From IMG/VR virus record IMGVR_UViG_3300003177_000010, positions 1 through 64,000 of that record: a stretch of DNA of 64,000 nt; one strand, 5' to 3'. The translations under genes were made by a program, and so were the position numbers. Shown here piece by piece: positions 49,954-60,384 of this stretch (positions are counted from its first letter, which is position 1; the number at the start of each line of letters is the position of its first letter). Under the pieces are notes generated by a model. The model made no database searches. It was given only the letters and a program-made list of their open reading frames with translations, and was not told the origin of the DNA. This DNA is from a virus.

Positions 49954-50259
49954 TCATTGATTTATTACGTTATCGTAGTAATTTATAATTCCTTTTTGTT
50001 CCTCAATGTACCTTTTTAACTCTAGTAAGTTTTGTGCTAAGATTTGATAATCAGATATAGTCACCGCATAGTAAATTAAGCCATTTACTTCTAGCACCTT
50101 CCAAGTAATGTTATTTAAAGTGACAGGGGCAGGGCTATTAGGTTTAGTAATAGGTACCGCTATAGGAGTACTTACTGTAGAAATACTATTATCTTTAGTG
50201 CAGCTAATTAGAAGTAGTAAGGCTAGTAATATTACTAAATAAGTTTTTAGTACCTTCAT
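49954..50259 (-). CDS. o-spanin-like lipoprotein
   Basis: Lipobox LLISC, Pro-rich, overlaps the i-spanin end. Confidence 0.7.
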   Translation of the reverse strand: MKVLKTYLVILLALLLLISCTKDNSISTVSTPIAVPITKPNSPAPVTLNNITWKVLEVNGLIYYAVTISDYQILAQNLLELKRYIEEQKGIINYYDNVINQ

Positions 50260-50596
50260 TTATTCTTCTCTCTATTAACCCTGGTTTAGCTCTACTAAGA
50301 GCTTCCCAATCATGCCCTAGTATAACGCTATTTAAAGCATTTTTTTCATTTTGCAACTCTTGCCGCAACCTTCCTAATGTTAATAACTGTTCAGACTGCC
50401 TTCTATAAGAACTTTGTAGTACATTTATAGCGTCTGTTTGATTATTAACAGCTATTTTTAGTTTTTCATTATTGTTTTGTAATACTCTAATGGTATTTTG
50501 TGATGTATTATAGTAGTATAAAACCGAAGTAACTATGCTAGCTAGTAGTAAACCGATTACAATATACAACTTTACTTTTCCAAATAATTTAAACAT
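50204..50596 (-). CDS. i-spanin-like protein
   Basis: N-terminal TM plus coiled coil, KPGLIE.RIN. Confidence 0.7.
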   Translation of the reverse strand: MFKLFGKVKLYIVIGLLLASIVTSVLYYYNTSQNTIRVLQNNNEKLKIAVNNQTDAINVLQSSYRRQSEQLLTLGRLRQELQNEKNALNSVILGHDWEALSRAKPGLIERRINEGTKNLFSNITSLTTSN

Positions 50597-51003
50597 TATA
50601 TATCCTTACTGTATTTATTGCTTTGCATATATAAAATTCTATTAAATTGTAACTCAGTTAATTGACCACTATTATCCTGACAGCGCAAACAGCCTTTTAT
50701 AAATGATAAATCTTTATCTGATAAATCTAAGCTTAGTAAATGTTTTTTTAACTTTGGTGTTATTCTTTTTTTAATATAAGTAGCTTTAGGTCCTGGTCCA
50801 GGTTTTAGCACTCTATTTCTGGAGTCTTTAGTGTACCCAAGGGCAAGTAAATAGTTACTCCAACTACCGTATAAACGTATAATTAATTTTTTATCACAAA
50901 AGTCACTAGTAGCAGTATAATCCTTCATCTTAGGAGGGCAATTATACTTATCTTTATATATCTTCGCTAACTTCTCTGCTTTTTCTTTTGTTATTAATAG
51001 CAT
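50596..51003 (-). CDS. Hypothetical DNA-binding protein (homing-endonuclease-associated repeat)
   Basis: P...DY...YGSW..YL..LG. Confidence 0.5.
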   Translation of the reverse strand: MLLITKEKAEKLAKIYKDKYNCPPKMKDYTATSDFCDKKLIIRLYGSWSNYLLALGYTKDSRNRVLKPGPGPKATYIKKRITPKLKKHLLSLDLSDKDLSFIKGCLRCQDNSGQLTELQFNRILYMQSNKYSKDI

Positions 51004-51646
51004 AGTAACTCCTAATTCTATTTTTTAGCTCAGGAAGGAACATAGGAGCAGGTTTAATAAAAGTTTTTCCTGGCTTATCATCAATAGTCATATTTATTAC
51101 TATTTGCTTTATACCAGTACCATATCTTTCGTTATGTGCTACACAGTAAGAACATCCTTGTATAAAGTAATCTTTTATCTGCTTTATATTTTTAACCTTT
51201 TTTGACGTTTTAAAATCTATAATAGACGGAACGCCATTCCATAAGCCTACCATATCACATCTACCCGCAAACTTATACTTATTGCTCCATAGTATTTGTT
51301 CCTGTCCCCATACTTCTGGGTTACCAGCTTCCGTAATTTTAATAAGCTCTTTAGTTAAGTGTATAACATCAGCAGCTTCTTGTTCTAACTCTGCAAATAT
51401 AGGTATGCCGTTAAAATGTTTTTCGGCATATTCATGTACCAATGTACCTCTATCAGTAGCTATTTTAGATATTCTAGCAGCCTCAGCTTCTCCTACTCTA
51501 GCGATCCATGCTGCTAACCAAGCTTGGTTAGATGTTTTAGCTAAAATGGTAGTTATAGAAGGGTAAGACCCGTCAGGAGTGTGATAGGTTCTACCAGTAG
51601 GTAAGGTATCTACAGGCATTTCTGTAACATAGTTATACTTAGTCAC
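50954..51646 (-). CDS. PD-(D/E)XK exonuclease (Cas4-like)
   Basis: YPSITTIL, RGT.VH...E, AGRCD, IIDFKTS, YFIQ...Y. Confidence 0.88.
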   Translation of the reverse strand: MTKYNYVTEMPVDTLPTGRTYHTPDGSYPSITTILAKTSNQAWLAAWIARVGEAEAARISKIATDRGTLVHEYAEKHFNGIPIFAELEQEAADVIHLTKELIKITEAGNPEVWGQEQILWSNKYKFAGRCDMVGLWNGVPSIIDFKTSKKVKNIKQIKDYFIQGCSYCVAHNERYGTGIKQIVINMTIDDKPGKTFIKPAPMFLPELKNRIRSYYAINNKRKSREVSEDI

Positions 51647-51891
51647 TTACACAACTTTACAATATTTTTTATTTCCTGCCATACTTCATCTTCTTCTGCA
51701 ATATTTTCTTTTCTTACTAAGCTAACAATTTTAGTTATTACAGGGGTAGGTAGATCAAAATTTTCTTTTATATCTTTTTTTAGTGATGATATAGATGCAT
51801 TTATTGCTTCTCGCTGTATTACCAAATCTACTATACGATTAATTTCTTCAGCTAGTTCTGACGCTATAGATGCATCCATTATACTATCCAA
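51643..51891 (-). CDS. Small dsDNA-binding protein (GapR/DsbA-like)
   Basis: Helical pattern I.RI..L......I...I..LK..K.....VI.KIV.L.K. Confidence 0.45.
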   Translation of the reverse strand: MDSIMDASIASELAEEINRIVDLVIQREAINASISSLKKDIKENFDLPTPVITKIVSLVRKENIAEEDEVWQEIKNIVKLCK

Positions 51892-52249
51892 TACTCTTTA
51901 TGTGCTGCTCTATTAAACCAAGATATTGCTATCTCCATATCTTGTACTGCTTTACTATCCGTTTTTGTTAAACTATTTTGTAAATCTTTTTTACATGTAT
52001 TGCATTCCAATGAGCACACTTATTAGAAAATGCAGTTTGTGAATTTACATTTCTTTCTGATTCTTGAAGTCTTTGTTTTAGTAGCTTAAACAAAGATTGA
52101 TATGCAATAAACTTATCTTTATCCTTTAACTCTTTAGAACTAGCAATAATTTTTATATTCTTTACTAAGTCTCTGTATGCGTTTTTAGCTGTTAATTTAA
52201 AAAACATTTTATTCCTTATATATTATAATATTTTTACTTTTATGTCAAT

Positions 52250-52594
52250 TTATTTTTTTAAAGAAAAATTATCTACATTGTCTATAAAGTTAATTGACCC
52301 ATTAGTAGATTGTATATAGGTACAGGTAGTAGGGCGGTCAATAGCTCCCCAAAAATCTTCCTCATTATACCAATTAAAATTCTTTATTGTAGCCCAAAAT
52401 GAATTAATCCTAGCTGCTGCTAAATCAAATTCATTATAATAAGGGTTATCTAAGTCAATACCATTTAATGCTTCAGACATCCATAAATGCGCTAACCAAG
52501 GGTTCCACTTAGACACATTTTCAGCCTCTTTTATAGTTCTTAAAATTGACCAATCAGAATAGTCAGAAACAGGAATAATTTTTCTTTTAGCCAT
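52250..52594 (-). CDS. Hypothetical protein
   Basis: ORF. Confidence 0.6.
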   Translation of the reverse strand: MAKRKIIPVSDYSDWSILRTIKEAENVSKWNPWLAHLWMSEALNGIDLDNPYYNEFDLAAARINSFWATIKNFNWYNEEDFWGAIDRPTTCTYIQSTNGSINFIDNVDNFSLKK

Positions 52595-52911
52595 TTATAC
52601 TTATACTTTCTGACTTCTTATAAAAATTATTTACAATTTCAACAATTATCCTAGATGCAAGAAATTCATTAGTTTTCTTTAATTCTTTATATTCTATTAA
52701 AGCTTGGGAACAATAACTATTATACATTTTATATTGTTCTAAGATCGCAATAGATTCTTTTAACGTAGGTCTTTTTCTCATTATATCCAAAATATCTTTA
52801 TTTTTTACTAATATCAAGTTTTTTGTTGACATTTAAATTATTATAAATTATAATACAAGCAATAGGCAAGAAAAAAATTACCTATTTTCGTGGTAAAAAA
52901 GGAAGTAATAT

Positions 52912-53178
52912 ATGAATTATAAATTAACAGTATTTGTACCTTTATCTGACTTTAATTTAACTGAATATGTTAATAATCAAGCACAACTAATTAAGCAAAA
53001 AATTAACATTCAAGTAGAAGTAGTCGATAATTCTGATTCACGTATGTTACTATATTGTAAAAAACCAGATAGAGTACCTTGTTTTATGATTTTTAAGAAT
53101 AGTAAATTTAAAACATATAAACAAATTAAAGTAAATGATAATGATTTACTTTCTTGGGTTACTGAAAATGTATCTTAG
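52912..53178 (+). CDS. Thioredoxin-like fold protein lacking CxxC
   Basis: VP.FMIFKN cis-Pro loop; AGGA SD. Confidence 0.45.
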   Translation: MNYKLTVFVPLSDFNLTEYVNNQAQLIKQKINIQVEVVDNSDSRMLLYCKKPDRVPCFMIFKNSKFKTYKQIKVNDNDLLSWVTENVS

Positions 53179-53274
53179 TTGTTTAATAACTTATACTAGC
53201 ACAGTTCTACCCATTTAGCAAATTTAAAGTTGATTTAAAGTTGCTACTACCAAAATTTAAAATAAAGACATTAA

Positions 53275-53472
53275 ATGAAAATATACGTTAAGAATAACAA
53301 TGTAGACAAAGCTATGCGTGTGCTAAAACGTAAGCTTTTACTAGAGGGGGATACAAATGCACTAAAAGATAAAAGATTTTTTGTATCTAAAAGCGAAAAA
53401 AAGAGACTTATAAAAAAAGCAGGCCGTAAAAGATGGTTGCATAAGCAAAAAGAATCGCATTTGTTTGAGTAG
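53275..53472 (+). CDS. rpsU: Ribosomal protein S21
   Basis: V.NNNVDKAMRVLKRK...EG....LK....F..KSEK. Confidence 0.9.
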   Translation: MKIYVKNNNVDKAMRVLKRKLLLEGDTNALKDKRFFVSKSEKKRLIKKAGRKRWLHKQKESHLFE

Positions 53473-53607
53473 TTAGTGGTAAATAAGTAATTTTATAGTT
53501 GCTAATGACTATTTTTACGTGTATATTATATTAATAAGAAACACTAAAAAAGGATTAAGTCTATCCTTAAAGGCTTTTAATTGATCAATTAAAAAATGGA
53601 ATATAAA

Positions 53608-53961
53608 ATGAATAAAATAATAACATTTGCTGCAACATTACTAGCAGCTACTACAGGGACTGCATCAGCTTTTGACCTAGGTAACACTGGAGTTGCTTTA
53701 GACAATAGTTTAGTTGCGGAATATAATATTAATAGTACAAATTATACTATTAATTATAGTGCAAAACTAAATTATAATATTGTGGATAGCGTAAATATGT
53801 ATGTAAAAACATCAGTAGATCTTACTAATATTACTTATTCTGGCGTTACTCTAGGAGCTACATGGGCTGCTAAACCTAATTTAGACATATATACTAATGT
53901 AGGAGTAGATAATAATGGTAATATAGGTAATGCTATTATTGGAGCAAAACTTAACTTTTAA
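53608..53961 (+). CDS. Small outer-membrane beta-barrel/porin-like protein
   Basis: Signal peptide (ASA), alternating beta pattern, terminal Phe. Confidence 0.65.
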   Translation: MNKIITFAATLLAATTGTASAFDLGNTGVALDNSLVAEYNINSTNYTINYSAKLNYNIVDSVNMYVKTSVDLTNITYSGVTLGATWAAKPNLDIYTNVGVDNNGNIGNAIIGAKLNF

Positions 53962-54043
53962 TACGTAGTATTATAGGGCTGGTCGCCGTAAATAGACTCG
54001 TGGAAGCCTATGGTTAGCTTCCTTTTATTATATAGGAGATAGT

Positions 54044-54829
54044 ATGAATAGAATAACTAATATGTATAGCCCTGTATGGACAATACCAAAAACTGATAAA
54101 TTTACTAGCGTAAGCTCTAGTAATATAAAAAATAAGGTGTTTAAGCCCAAAAAATCAGGTACTAAAGCTTCACATATAATATTTATACTTGATAGCTCTT
54201 CCTCAATGAATGGTATTAAAGCAGGCACTATAGACGGTTTTAATGAGTTTTTGGATATACATAAAAAGGAATCTAAAGAAGACGGAGTTAAAACCTATAT
54301 TAGCTTATACAGCTTTAATGGATACTCTACTAAAAAAATACTCGATAGAAAAAATGTTAATTCAGTAGAAAATTTAACAGATAGCTCCTATAATCCCAGC
54401 GGCATGACTAACTTATATGATAGTATAGGTAAAGTAATGCGTAAAATAAATAATAAGGTAAGTAAGTATAAAAAGTCTAGCAGAGACTCTTTAATTTTCG
54501 TAGTATTAACTGATGGACAGGATAATACATCTAAGAAATATAATGGAGGCGCTATTAAAGAGATGGTAGAATTAGCTGAACAAGCTAACTGGGGTTTTAC
54601 TTTTTTAGGCACTAATATAGATACTTTCGGTATAGGGACATCAATGGGCTTTAATTTACATAATACAGTAATGTACAAAGGAGCTAATATAAAAGAATCT
54701 ATAGCTGCTGCAGGGGAAATGACTTCTAGACTAAGAACTGTTAGCCTATCTGGAAGCTCTATAATAGACGCTTATAGCTTATCAGGATATACAGAAAAAG
54801 AAAGATTAGAATCAGTAGGGTCAGAATAA
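54044..54829 (+). CDS. vWA-domain protein
   Basis: ILDSSSSM (MIDAS), G.T.LYD, LTDG.DN.S, W.F.FLG. Confidence 0.88.
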   Translation: MNRITNMYSPVWTIPKTDKFTSVSSSNIKNKVFKPKKSGTKASHIIFILDSSSSMNGIKAGTIDGFNEFLDIHKKESKEDGVKTYISLYSFNGYSTKKILDRKNVNSVENLTDSSYNPSGMTNLYDSIGKVMRKINNKVSKYKKSSRDSLIFVVLTDGQDNTSKKYNGGAIKEMVELAEQANWGFTFLGTNIDTFGIGTSMGFNLHNTVMYKGANIKESIAAAGEMTSRLRTVSLSGSSIIDAYSLSGYTEKERLESVGSE

Positions 54830-54832
54830 TAA

Positions 54833-55477
54833 ATGTCTAATTTATACATTTTAGGTAATGGAGGTTTTGCACATGAGGTACGTGAGCAAATAAAAGAGCA
54901 ATATACTGACTTAGGGTTCGGGGGTTACATCTATAAAGAAGGTGACGCTATAATGGTAGAATCCCCATTCAATACTATTAAGGAGTTTACTTTCCCTAAA
55001 TTTAGCAGTTTTCTTTTAGGTACTGGAAATAAGTTTTGGAGGGCTTATTTTATAGACCTGATAGATGAGTACTATGGAGTAAGTAAAGAAATTTTTCCAA
55101 ATATAATAGCGGATAATTGTTATTTATCATGTTACGCTAAAATAGGTATAGGTAATCTATTATGTACAAATTCTATAGTTCTTGGCAATGCCATTCTAGG
55201 GGATTTTAACTTACTAAATGTGCAAACATTAGTATCTCATGACTGTGTAATAGGGGACCATAACTTATTAAATCCTAAAGTATCTGTATTAGGTACTTGT
55301 AAAATAGGTAGTAATAACTATTTAGCTACTAATGTTACTATAATACCGAAAATCACAATAGGCAATAATAATACTATCAGCGTATCTGAGAATATAGTAA
55401 GAGATATAAATAATAGTATATTTTTTAAAGACAACAAAGAAAGTAGTAAATATGCATATTCTATTCAGAAGTTGTGA
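54833..55477 (+). CDS. Sugar N/O-acyltransferase (PglD/NeuD hexapeptide family)
   Basis: ILGNGGFA.E, SHDC, hexapeptide repeats. Confidence 0.85.
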   Translation: MSNLYILGNGGFAHEVREQIKEQYTDLGFGGYIYKEGDAIMVESPFNTIKEFTFPKFSSFLLGTGNKFWRAYFIDLIDEYYGVSKEIFPNIIADNCYLSCYAKIGIGNLLCTNSIVLGNAILGDFNLLNVQTLVSHDCVIGDHNLLNPKVSVLGTCKIGSNNYLATNVTIIPKITIGNNNTISVSENIVRDINNSIFFKDNKESSKYAYSIQKL

Positions 55478-56213
55478 AGCTAATTTATCTCCAGGGTCTT
55501 TGGGAAAAGGCACAGATGATAAACCCAGATGGAATGGTAAGTATAAATTAGAAATCTTACGTAAATCTTATCTATCAATACAGGAAGGACTAAATAAAGA
55601 AGATAGTATAATTATTGTTAATGATAGAACTACTAAAGAAACTTTAGAATGGATGAAAAATACTACAATAGCTAATTTCTCTGTAGTAGATATTACTTCT
55701 TTAGATGTGCTAAGAAAAGAGCATAAGTATCCAAAGTATCATCCTGTTGTAATTAATGCTTGCCCAGACTTAACTGAATTACTAATACAAACTGCGGAAA
55801 GTAATCCAGAAGAATTAATATATATATGTGAAGATGATTACTTGCACACTCCTATAGCAATTAGCGCTATGAAAAATTTATATAATTCTTCTTTTGATGG
55901 GTTTTATGTACCTTATGACTACCCTGATAGATATACTATAGACAGGGAAATTAATACTAAGATATATTTAACTAACTACGGGCACATTAGGACTGTGCCT
56001 AGTGCTACTTTAACTATTGCAGCATTAGGTAAGACTTGGTTAAAATATAAGTATGAAATATTAAGAGCAGGAGTTTTTGCAGATGATAGCTGGACTTGGA
56101 AAGCTTTCGCACAAATACCAGCATTTTGTCCTATACCTGGTCACGCTACTCACTTGCAAGAAGGATGTATTACTCCAGGAGTAGATTGGGAAACTGTGTA
56201 TGCTAATTACTAA
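55452..56213 (+). CDS. GT-A-fold glycosyltransferase-like
   Basis: IVND, YICEDDYLH, PG.ATH. Confidence 0.65.
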   Translation: MHILFRSCEANLSPGSLGKGTDDKPRWNGKYKLEILRKSYLSIQEGLNKEDSIIIVNDRTTKETLEWMKNTTIANFSVVDITSLDVLRKEHKYPKYHPVVINACPDLTELLIQTAESNPEELIYICEDDYLHTPIAISAMKNLYNSSFDGFYVPYDYPDRYTIDREINTKIYLTNYGHIRTVPSATLTIAALGKTWLKYKYEILRAGVFADDSWTWKAFAQIPAFCPIPGHATHLQEGCITPGVDWETVYANY

Positions 56214-57180
56214 AAAGTTAAAAATTAAGAATTTTAATAAATATATACAAGAGGCTAATAGGTCTAATATATTTACAAATTATGGCTATGCAGTACAATT
56301 ACTAGAAGAACGCGCTAGGTACATGCTAAAAATAGATGAGTCTAAAGCAATTATAGCTACTAGTAGTGGGACTGCTGCTTTACATGCAGCAGTTAATGTG
56401 TATGATTGTGAAAATATAAATGTGCAAGACTTTACTTTCCCTTGTAATATACAGGGGCCTTTAAATAATGCTATTATTGTTGATATGCATGACAGTGCTA
56501 ATATAGCCTTAGATAAAGATGCTGACTTAATAGTAATAACTAACTGTTTTGGACACCTACAAGATGTAGTATTTATAGAAGAGTTTGCAGAAGCGCATGA
56601 CATAGTTACCATATACGATAATGCTGCAACTCCTTTTTCTTTTATTAACAGCACTAACAGTTGCAATATTGGAGACGCGGCTATAATATCGCTACACCAT
56701 ACAAAGCACCTAGGATTTGGGGAAGGTGGTTTACTAATTATAGATAAACAATTTGAAGATTTAGCTAGGGATATAATAAATTTTGCTAAGCATAGTGACC
56801 CTTTTTTAGGTAATAATTATAAGATGAGTGAGATAGCTGCTGCAGGAGTGCTACAGTGGTGGGATAGCTTCTCTATAGAAAGTTTAAAAAATAGCTTATT
56901 AGATAGATATTTTTATCTGTATGAGATGGCTAAAAAGTATGCTGAGCTATTTCCTAATGTTGCGGATGATTATTCTTTCTTACCTGCTAATTTACCTATT
57001 ATAATAGAAGATCAGTATATAAGAAAAGATGCAGAGAAACTAGGGGTTAAATACTATAAACCTTTACTAGGGCTACCAAATTCAAGTAAACTATATGAAA
57101 ATATAGTTTGTTTACCAATAACAGGAAATATAAATGCAAAGAATAGCAATAGTAACTGGCTGCGCAGGATTTTTAGCTAG
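56200..57180 (+). CDS. DegT/DnrJ/EryC1/StrS sugar aminotransferase
   Basis: SSGTAAL, FTF, DNAA, SLHHTK (PLP Lys), GEGG, N.KMSE. Confidence 0.92.
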   Translation: MLITKKLKIKNFNKYIQEANRSNIFTNYGYAVQLLEERARYMLKIDESKAIIATSSGTAALHAAVNVYDCENINVQDFTFPCNIQGPLNNAIIVDMHDSANIALDKDADLIVITNCFGHLQDVVFIEEFAEAHDIVTIYDNAATPFSFINSTNSCNIGDAAIISLHHTKHLGFGEGGLLIIDKQFEDLARDIINFAKHSDPFLGNNYKMSEIAAAGVLQWWDSFSIESLKNSLLDRYFYLYEMAKKYAELFPNVADDYSFLPANLPIIIEDQYIRKDAEKLGVKYYKPLLGLPNSSKLYENIVCLPITGNINAKNSNSNWLRRIFS

Positions 57181-58093
57181 TACATTTGTGGAACAACTAC
57201 TAAATAGAGGGTGGTTTGTTTATGGTATTGATAAAATAACTAAAGTATCAAATACAAATAGGCTCAAGTACTTACAAAAAGTATTTCCTAACTCTTATAA
57301 GGTAGTAAAAGAGGATATATGTGAGGTAACATGGCTACCTGATGCAGATGTATTATTTAATTTTGCTGCAGAGAGTGATGTAGATAATAGTAATAAAAGT
57401 AGTAAAGAGTTTTTTAAAAGTAACGTCAGTGGTGTAGCTAATTTACTAGAGGTACTTAATAACCAAATTAATATTAAAAATAGTAAAACTATGTTTTTTC
57501 AAATATCTACTGATGAAGTTTATGGAGATTTAATTTCTAATAGTGCTAATGAGGATAGTAAGCTAAATCCTAGTAACCCTTATGCAGCTTCTAAAGCAGC
57601 AGCAGATATGCTAATAATGGCTTGGAATAGAACACACGAACAGCCTTTTACTATAGTAAGACCATCAAATAATTATGGACCACATCAATACCCAGAAAAG
57701 TTAATACCTTTAGCAGTTAAAAATCTTAATAGAGGATTACCTATAAATCTGCATAATAAAGGTACTCCTATAAGAGTATGGACACATGTATATGATACTG
57801 TAGATGCTATATTAACTATATATCATGCTGCAGAATTTAATTGTATATATAACATATCATCAGAATTTTCTCAAACTAACTTGGCTACAGTAGAAAAAAT
57901 ACTTAGCGCCTATGGAGTAGAACAGAGTAAATATAGTTACTATGTAAATATGCAGCATAACAGACCTGGGCAAGATGTTAGATATTCTATAACATGTGAG
58001 CCGTTAAAGAGACTAGGGTGGAAACCTAAAAAACAATTTGATGACTCTATAAATCTATTAGTACAAGAGTATAGAAAGGAATTTAGATGGTAA
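57134..58093 (+). CDS. rmlB: dTDP-glucose 4,6-dehydratase
   Basis: VTGCAGFL, AAES.VD, STDEVYG, PY..SK, NNYGP.Q.PEKLIP, RPG.D.RY. Confidence 0.92.
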   Translation: MQRIAIVTGCAGFLASTFVEQLLNRGWFVYGIDKITKVSNTNRLKYLQKVFPNSYKVVKEDICEVTWLPDADVLFNFAAESDVDNSNKSSKEFFKSNVSGVANLLEVLNNQINIKNSKTMFFQISTDEVYGDLISNSANEDSKLNPSNPYAASKAAADMLIMAWNRTHEQPFTIVRPSNNYGPHQYPEKLIPLAVKNLNRGLPINLHNKGTPIRVWTHVYDTVDAILTIYHAAEFNCIYNISSEFSQTNLATVEKILSAYGVEQSKYSYYVNMQHNRPGQDVRYSITCEPLKRLGWKPKKQFDDSINLLVQEYRKEFRW

Positions 58094-58824
58094 AAATAAT
58101 AACCCCATATATCAACCCCAAAGAAATCAAAAAACATAAAGAACACTATTGGGAGTACGACATATACTATGAACAAGATACTGCCGGTATTGGCCCTGAT
58201 TTAATGTTCCAAAAAATGTGGAATAAATTCCCTGATGATGATATATTTATTTTGCATTCAGATATGTTTATGAAAGATACTGATTGGTTATCTAAAGTAT
58301 TAAAATATACTAATAAGTATCCAGAAGCTGGTATGTTCGGTTGCCTGTTACTTTATCCTCTAAAAGACGAAAAAGGTGACTATTTTATTCAATCAGCAGG
58401 AGGTAAATTTACAGACGGTAAGCCTGATCATTATGGTAGTGGTATTGTTGTAGAAAATAAATCCACGTTTAAGGAAGAGTTAGAAACTGATACAGGGGAG
58501 TACGATAGTGTAAGAGAAGTAGCTTGGACTACTTTTGGAGGTTGCTATATTAGAAGAAGTTTTATTAACGCAGTAGGGTCATTTTCTCCAGAATATGAGT
58601 GGGCGTATAATAGAGACGTAGACTTTTGCTTAGCTGCTAGAAGTGTAGGGCAAAAGATATACCAAATACCTGTAAGAATTATGCACTCCGAGTCTAAAGA
58701 TGCTAAAATTATAAAAGCCAACGATCAAAGTAAAGTGCAGATGGAATTAAGAAACTTAAATAAATTAATAGATAAATGGAGCGGCTCTAAGCTGTATAAA
58801 ACTATTGATAATAAGATTATATAA
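58087..58824 (+). CDS. GT2-family glycosyltransferase
   Basis: LHSD, G..LLYP, DVDFCL, H.ES. Confidence 0.85.
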   Translation: MVKIITPYINPKEIKKHKEHYWEYDIYYEQDTAGIGPDLMFQKMWNKFPDDDIFILHSDMFMKDTDWLSKVLKYTNKYPEAGMFGCLLLYPLKDEKGDYFIQSAGGKFTDGKPDHYGSGIVVENKSTFKEELETDTGEYDSVREVAWTTFGGCYIRRSFINAVGSFSPEYEWAYNRDVDFCLAARSVGQKIYQIPVRIMHSESKDAKIIKANDQSKVQMELRNLNKLIDKWSGSKLYKTIDNKII

Positions 58825-58843
58825 CTATATAAAAGGATATAAA

Positions 58844-59560
58844 ATGGCTACTATTACTAGACCACAAGTAACTGCTTCTCTAACGCTAGCAGATGGGGTA
58901 CAATCTAAATTACCAGAATATATGTTAGATCTATATGGACATAGCTCCTATAGGCTAAAGTCGTTTATTAATAATATTTGTAGTAAAAAGAACACAAACT
59001 ATTTAGAAATAGGAGTAGGTAGAGGTTCAACTATATTAAGTGCAGTATATGAGAATGAAACGTGTAAAGCTACAGGTATAGAAAATTATATGTATGACGC
59101 TATAGAGCCTACTAAAGTACCTTTAGAAGGAACCATATGGTACAATATGCAAAGTCAGTTAAAAAGCAATCTAAGTAGATATGGTACTTCGGATAATAAT
59201 AGTAAAAAAGGGTCTATAAATATAATAGAAGAATACTTTGAAAAAGTTATGCCAGAGGATGTGCCTAAAGCAGATGTAGTGTACTTTGATGTGACTCCTG
59301 TTAATGAAAAGGTATATTCTGATTTTTTTGAAAATATAGTTCCTTATATTAGTAGTTCTTCTGTAATTATATTCTCAAATTTTTCGAATACCCTACATGA
59401 AAGGCAAATAAGAAAAGCATTTGAAGAGCGCGAAGATAAAGTAAAAGTACTATGGGAAGAAACTCGAGTTACTAGTAGCTTAAATGATGCTAGTAATTAC
59501 TATTCCGGTATTGGTATATTTGGGGTAGTTAGATCTCATAAAGCAGTAGGTAAAGAATGA
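58844..59560 (+). CDS. Class I SAM-dependent (sugar) methyltransferase
   Basis: YLEIGVGRGST, DVVYFD. Confidence 0.7.
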   Translation: MATITRPQVTASLTLADGVQSKLPEYMLDLYGHSSYRLKSFINNICSKKNTNYLEIGVGRGSTILSAVYENETCKATGIENYMYDAIEPTKVPLEGTIWYNMQSQLKSNLSRYGTSDNNSKKGSINIIEEYFEKVMPEDVPKADVVYFDVTPVNEKVYSDFFENIVPYISSSSVIIFSNFSNTLHERQIRKAFEEREDKVKVLWEETRVTSSLNDASNYYSGIGIFGVVRSHKAVGKE

Positions 59561-60384
59561 AAAAAAGTGTTATAAGTTTAATCAGCTATGATGCACATAT
59601 GCTAATAGAAAGTATAAAATCTTATTATGCATATGTAGACGAAATTATATTAGGGCTTGATGAAGATAGAATTAGCTGGAATAATAATAAATTCTCTTTT
59701 AATGAGGGGGAATTATGGGATTCTTTACTATCTATAGATGTGGATAATAAAATAGAGGTAATTCAAAGTAATTTTCATTCCTCAAAAATAGCTATAGAAA
59801 ATGATAATTATGAACGAAATTTTCTTAAAAGTAAATGCACAAATAGTTGGATTTTTAGCTTTGATGCTGATGAAGTATTATTAAATGCGAAAGATTTTTT
59901 CTATAGCTATTGCCCCATAGTCCATAAGTATAAAGAAGATAAAGATGTATGTATGATTTGGGTTACTCCTTTTAAAACTATAGGAGATACAACATTACTA
60001 ATAGTGAATGAAGACGGGGCACCTTTCTTCGGAGAAAATCAGAGCATAGCTACTTCTGTAAATAACACTTTTACTTACGCTAGATGGAGTAACGTGAGCG
60101 CTTCCGGGAAAAATAGGCTTATGTCCCCATTAATTGGGCTACATTGGAGCTTAGATAGAGATAAACAAGCATTGTATGAAAAAATTAACAATACAGGGCA
60201 TTCTGATATTGTTAATGAGGATCCATTTTTTTCTTTATGGAATAGTGTGACTTTAGATAATTATAAAGAATTTCATAACTTTAGAACATCAGGTATAGGG
60301 CCAGCTCAGTGGCCTAGGTTACGCGCAGTACCTACAAAAGATTTAGTATCTTTTATTATGAGTTATAAGGATAAAGCGTATTAA
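59557..60384 (+). CDS. GT2-like glycosyltransferase
   Basis: VDEII, RN, WIFSFDADE. Confidence 0.75.
   Translation: MKKSVISLISYDAHMLIESIKSYYAYVDEIILGLDEDRISWNNNKFSFNEGELWDSLLSIDVDNKIEVIQSNFHSSKIAIENDNYERNFLKSKCTNSWIFSFDADEVLLNAKDFFYSYCPIVHKYKEDKDVCMIWVTPFKTIGDTTLLIVNEDGAPFFGENQSIATSVNNTFTYARWSNVSASGKNRLMSPLIGLHWSLDRDKQALYEKINNTGHSDIVNEDPFFSLWNSVTLDNYKEFHNFRTSGIGPAQWPRLRAVPTKDLVSFIMSYKDKAY

Noticed and set aside
50954-51646. CRISPR-associated Cas4
   Set aside because: A solo phage PD-(D/E)XK exonuclease with no Fe-S cysteine set and no array
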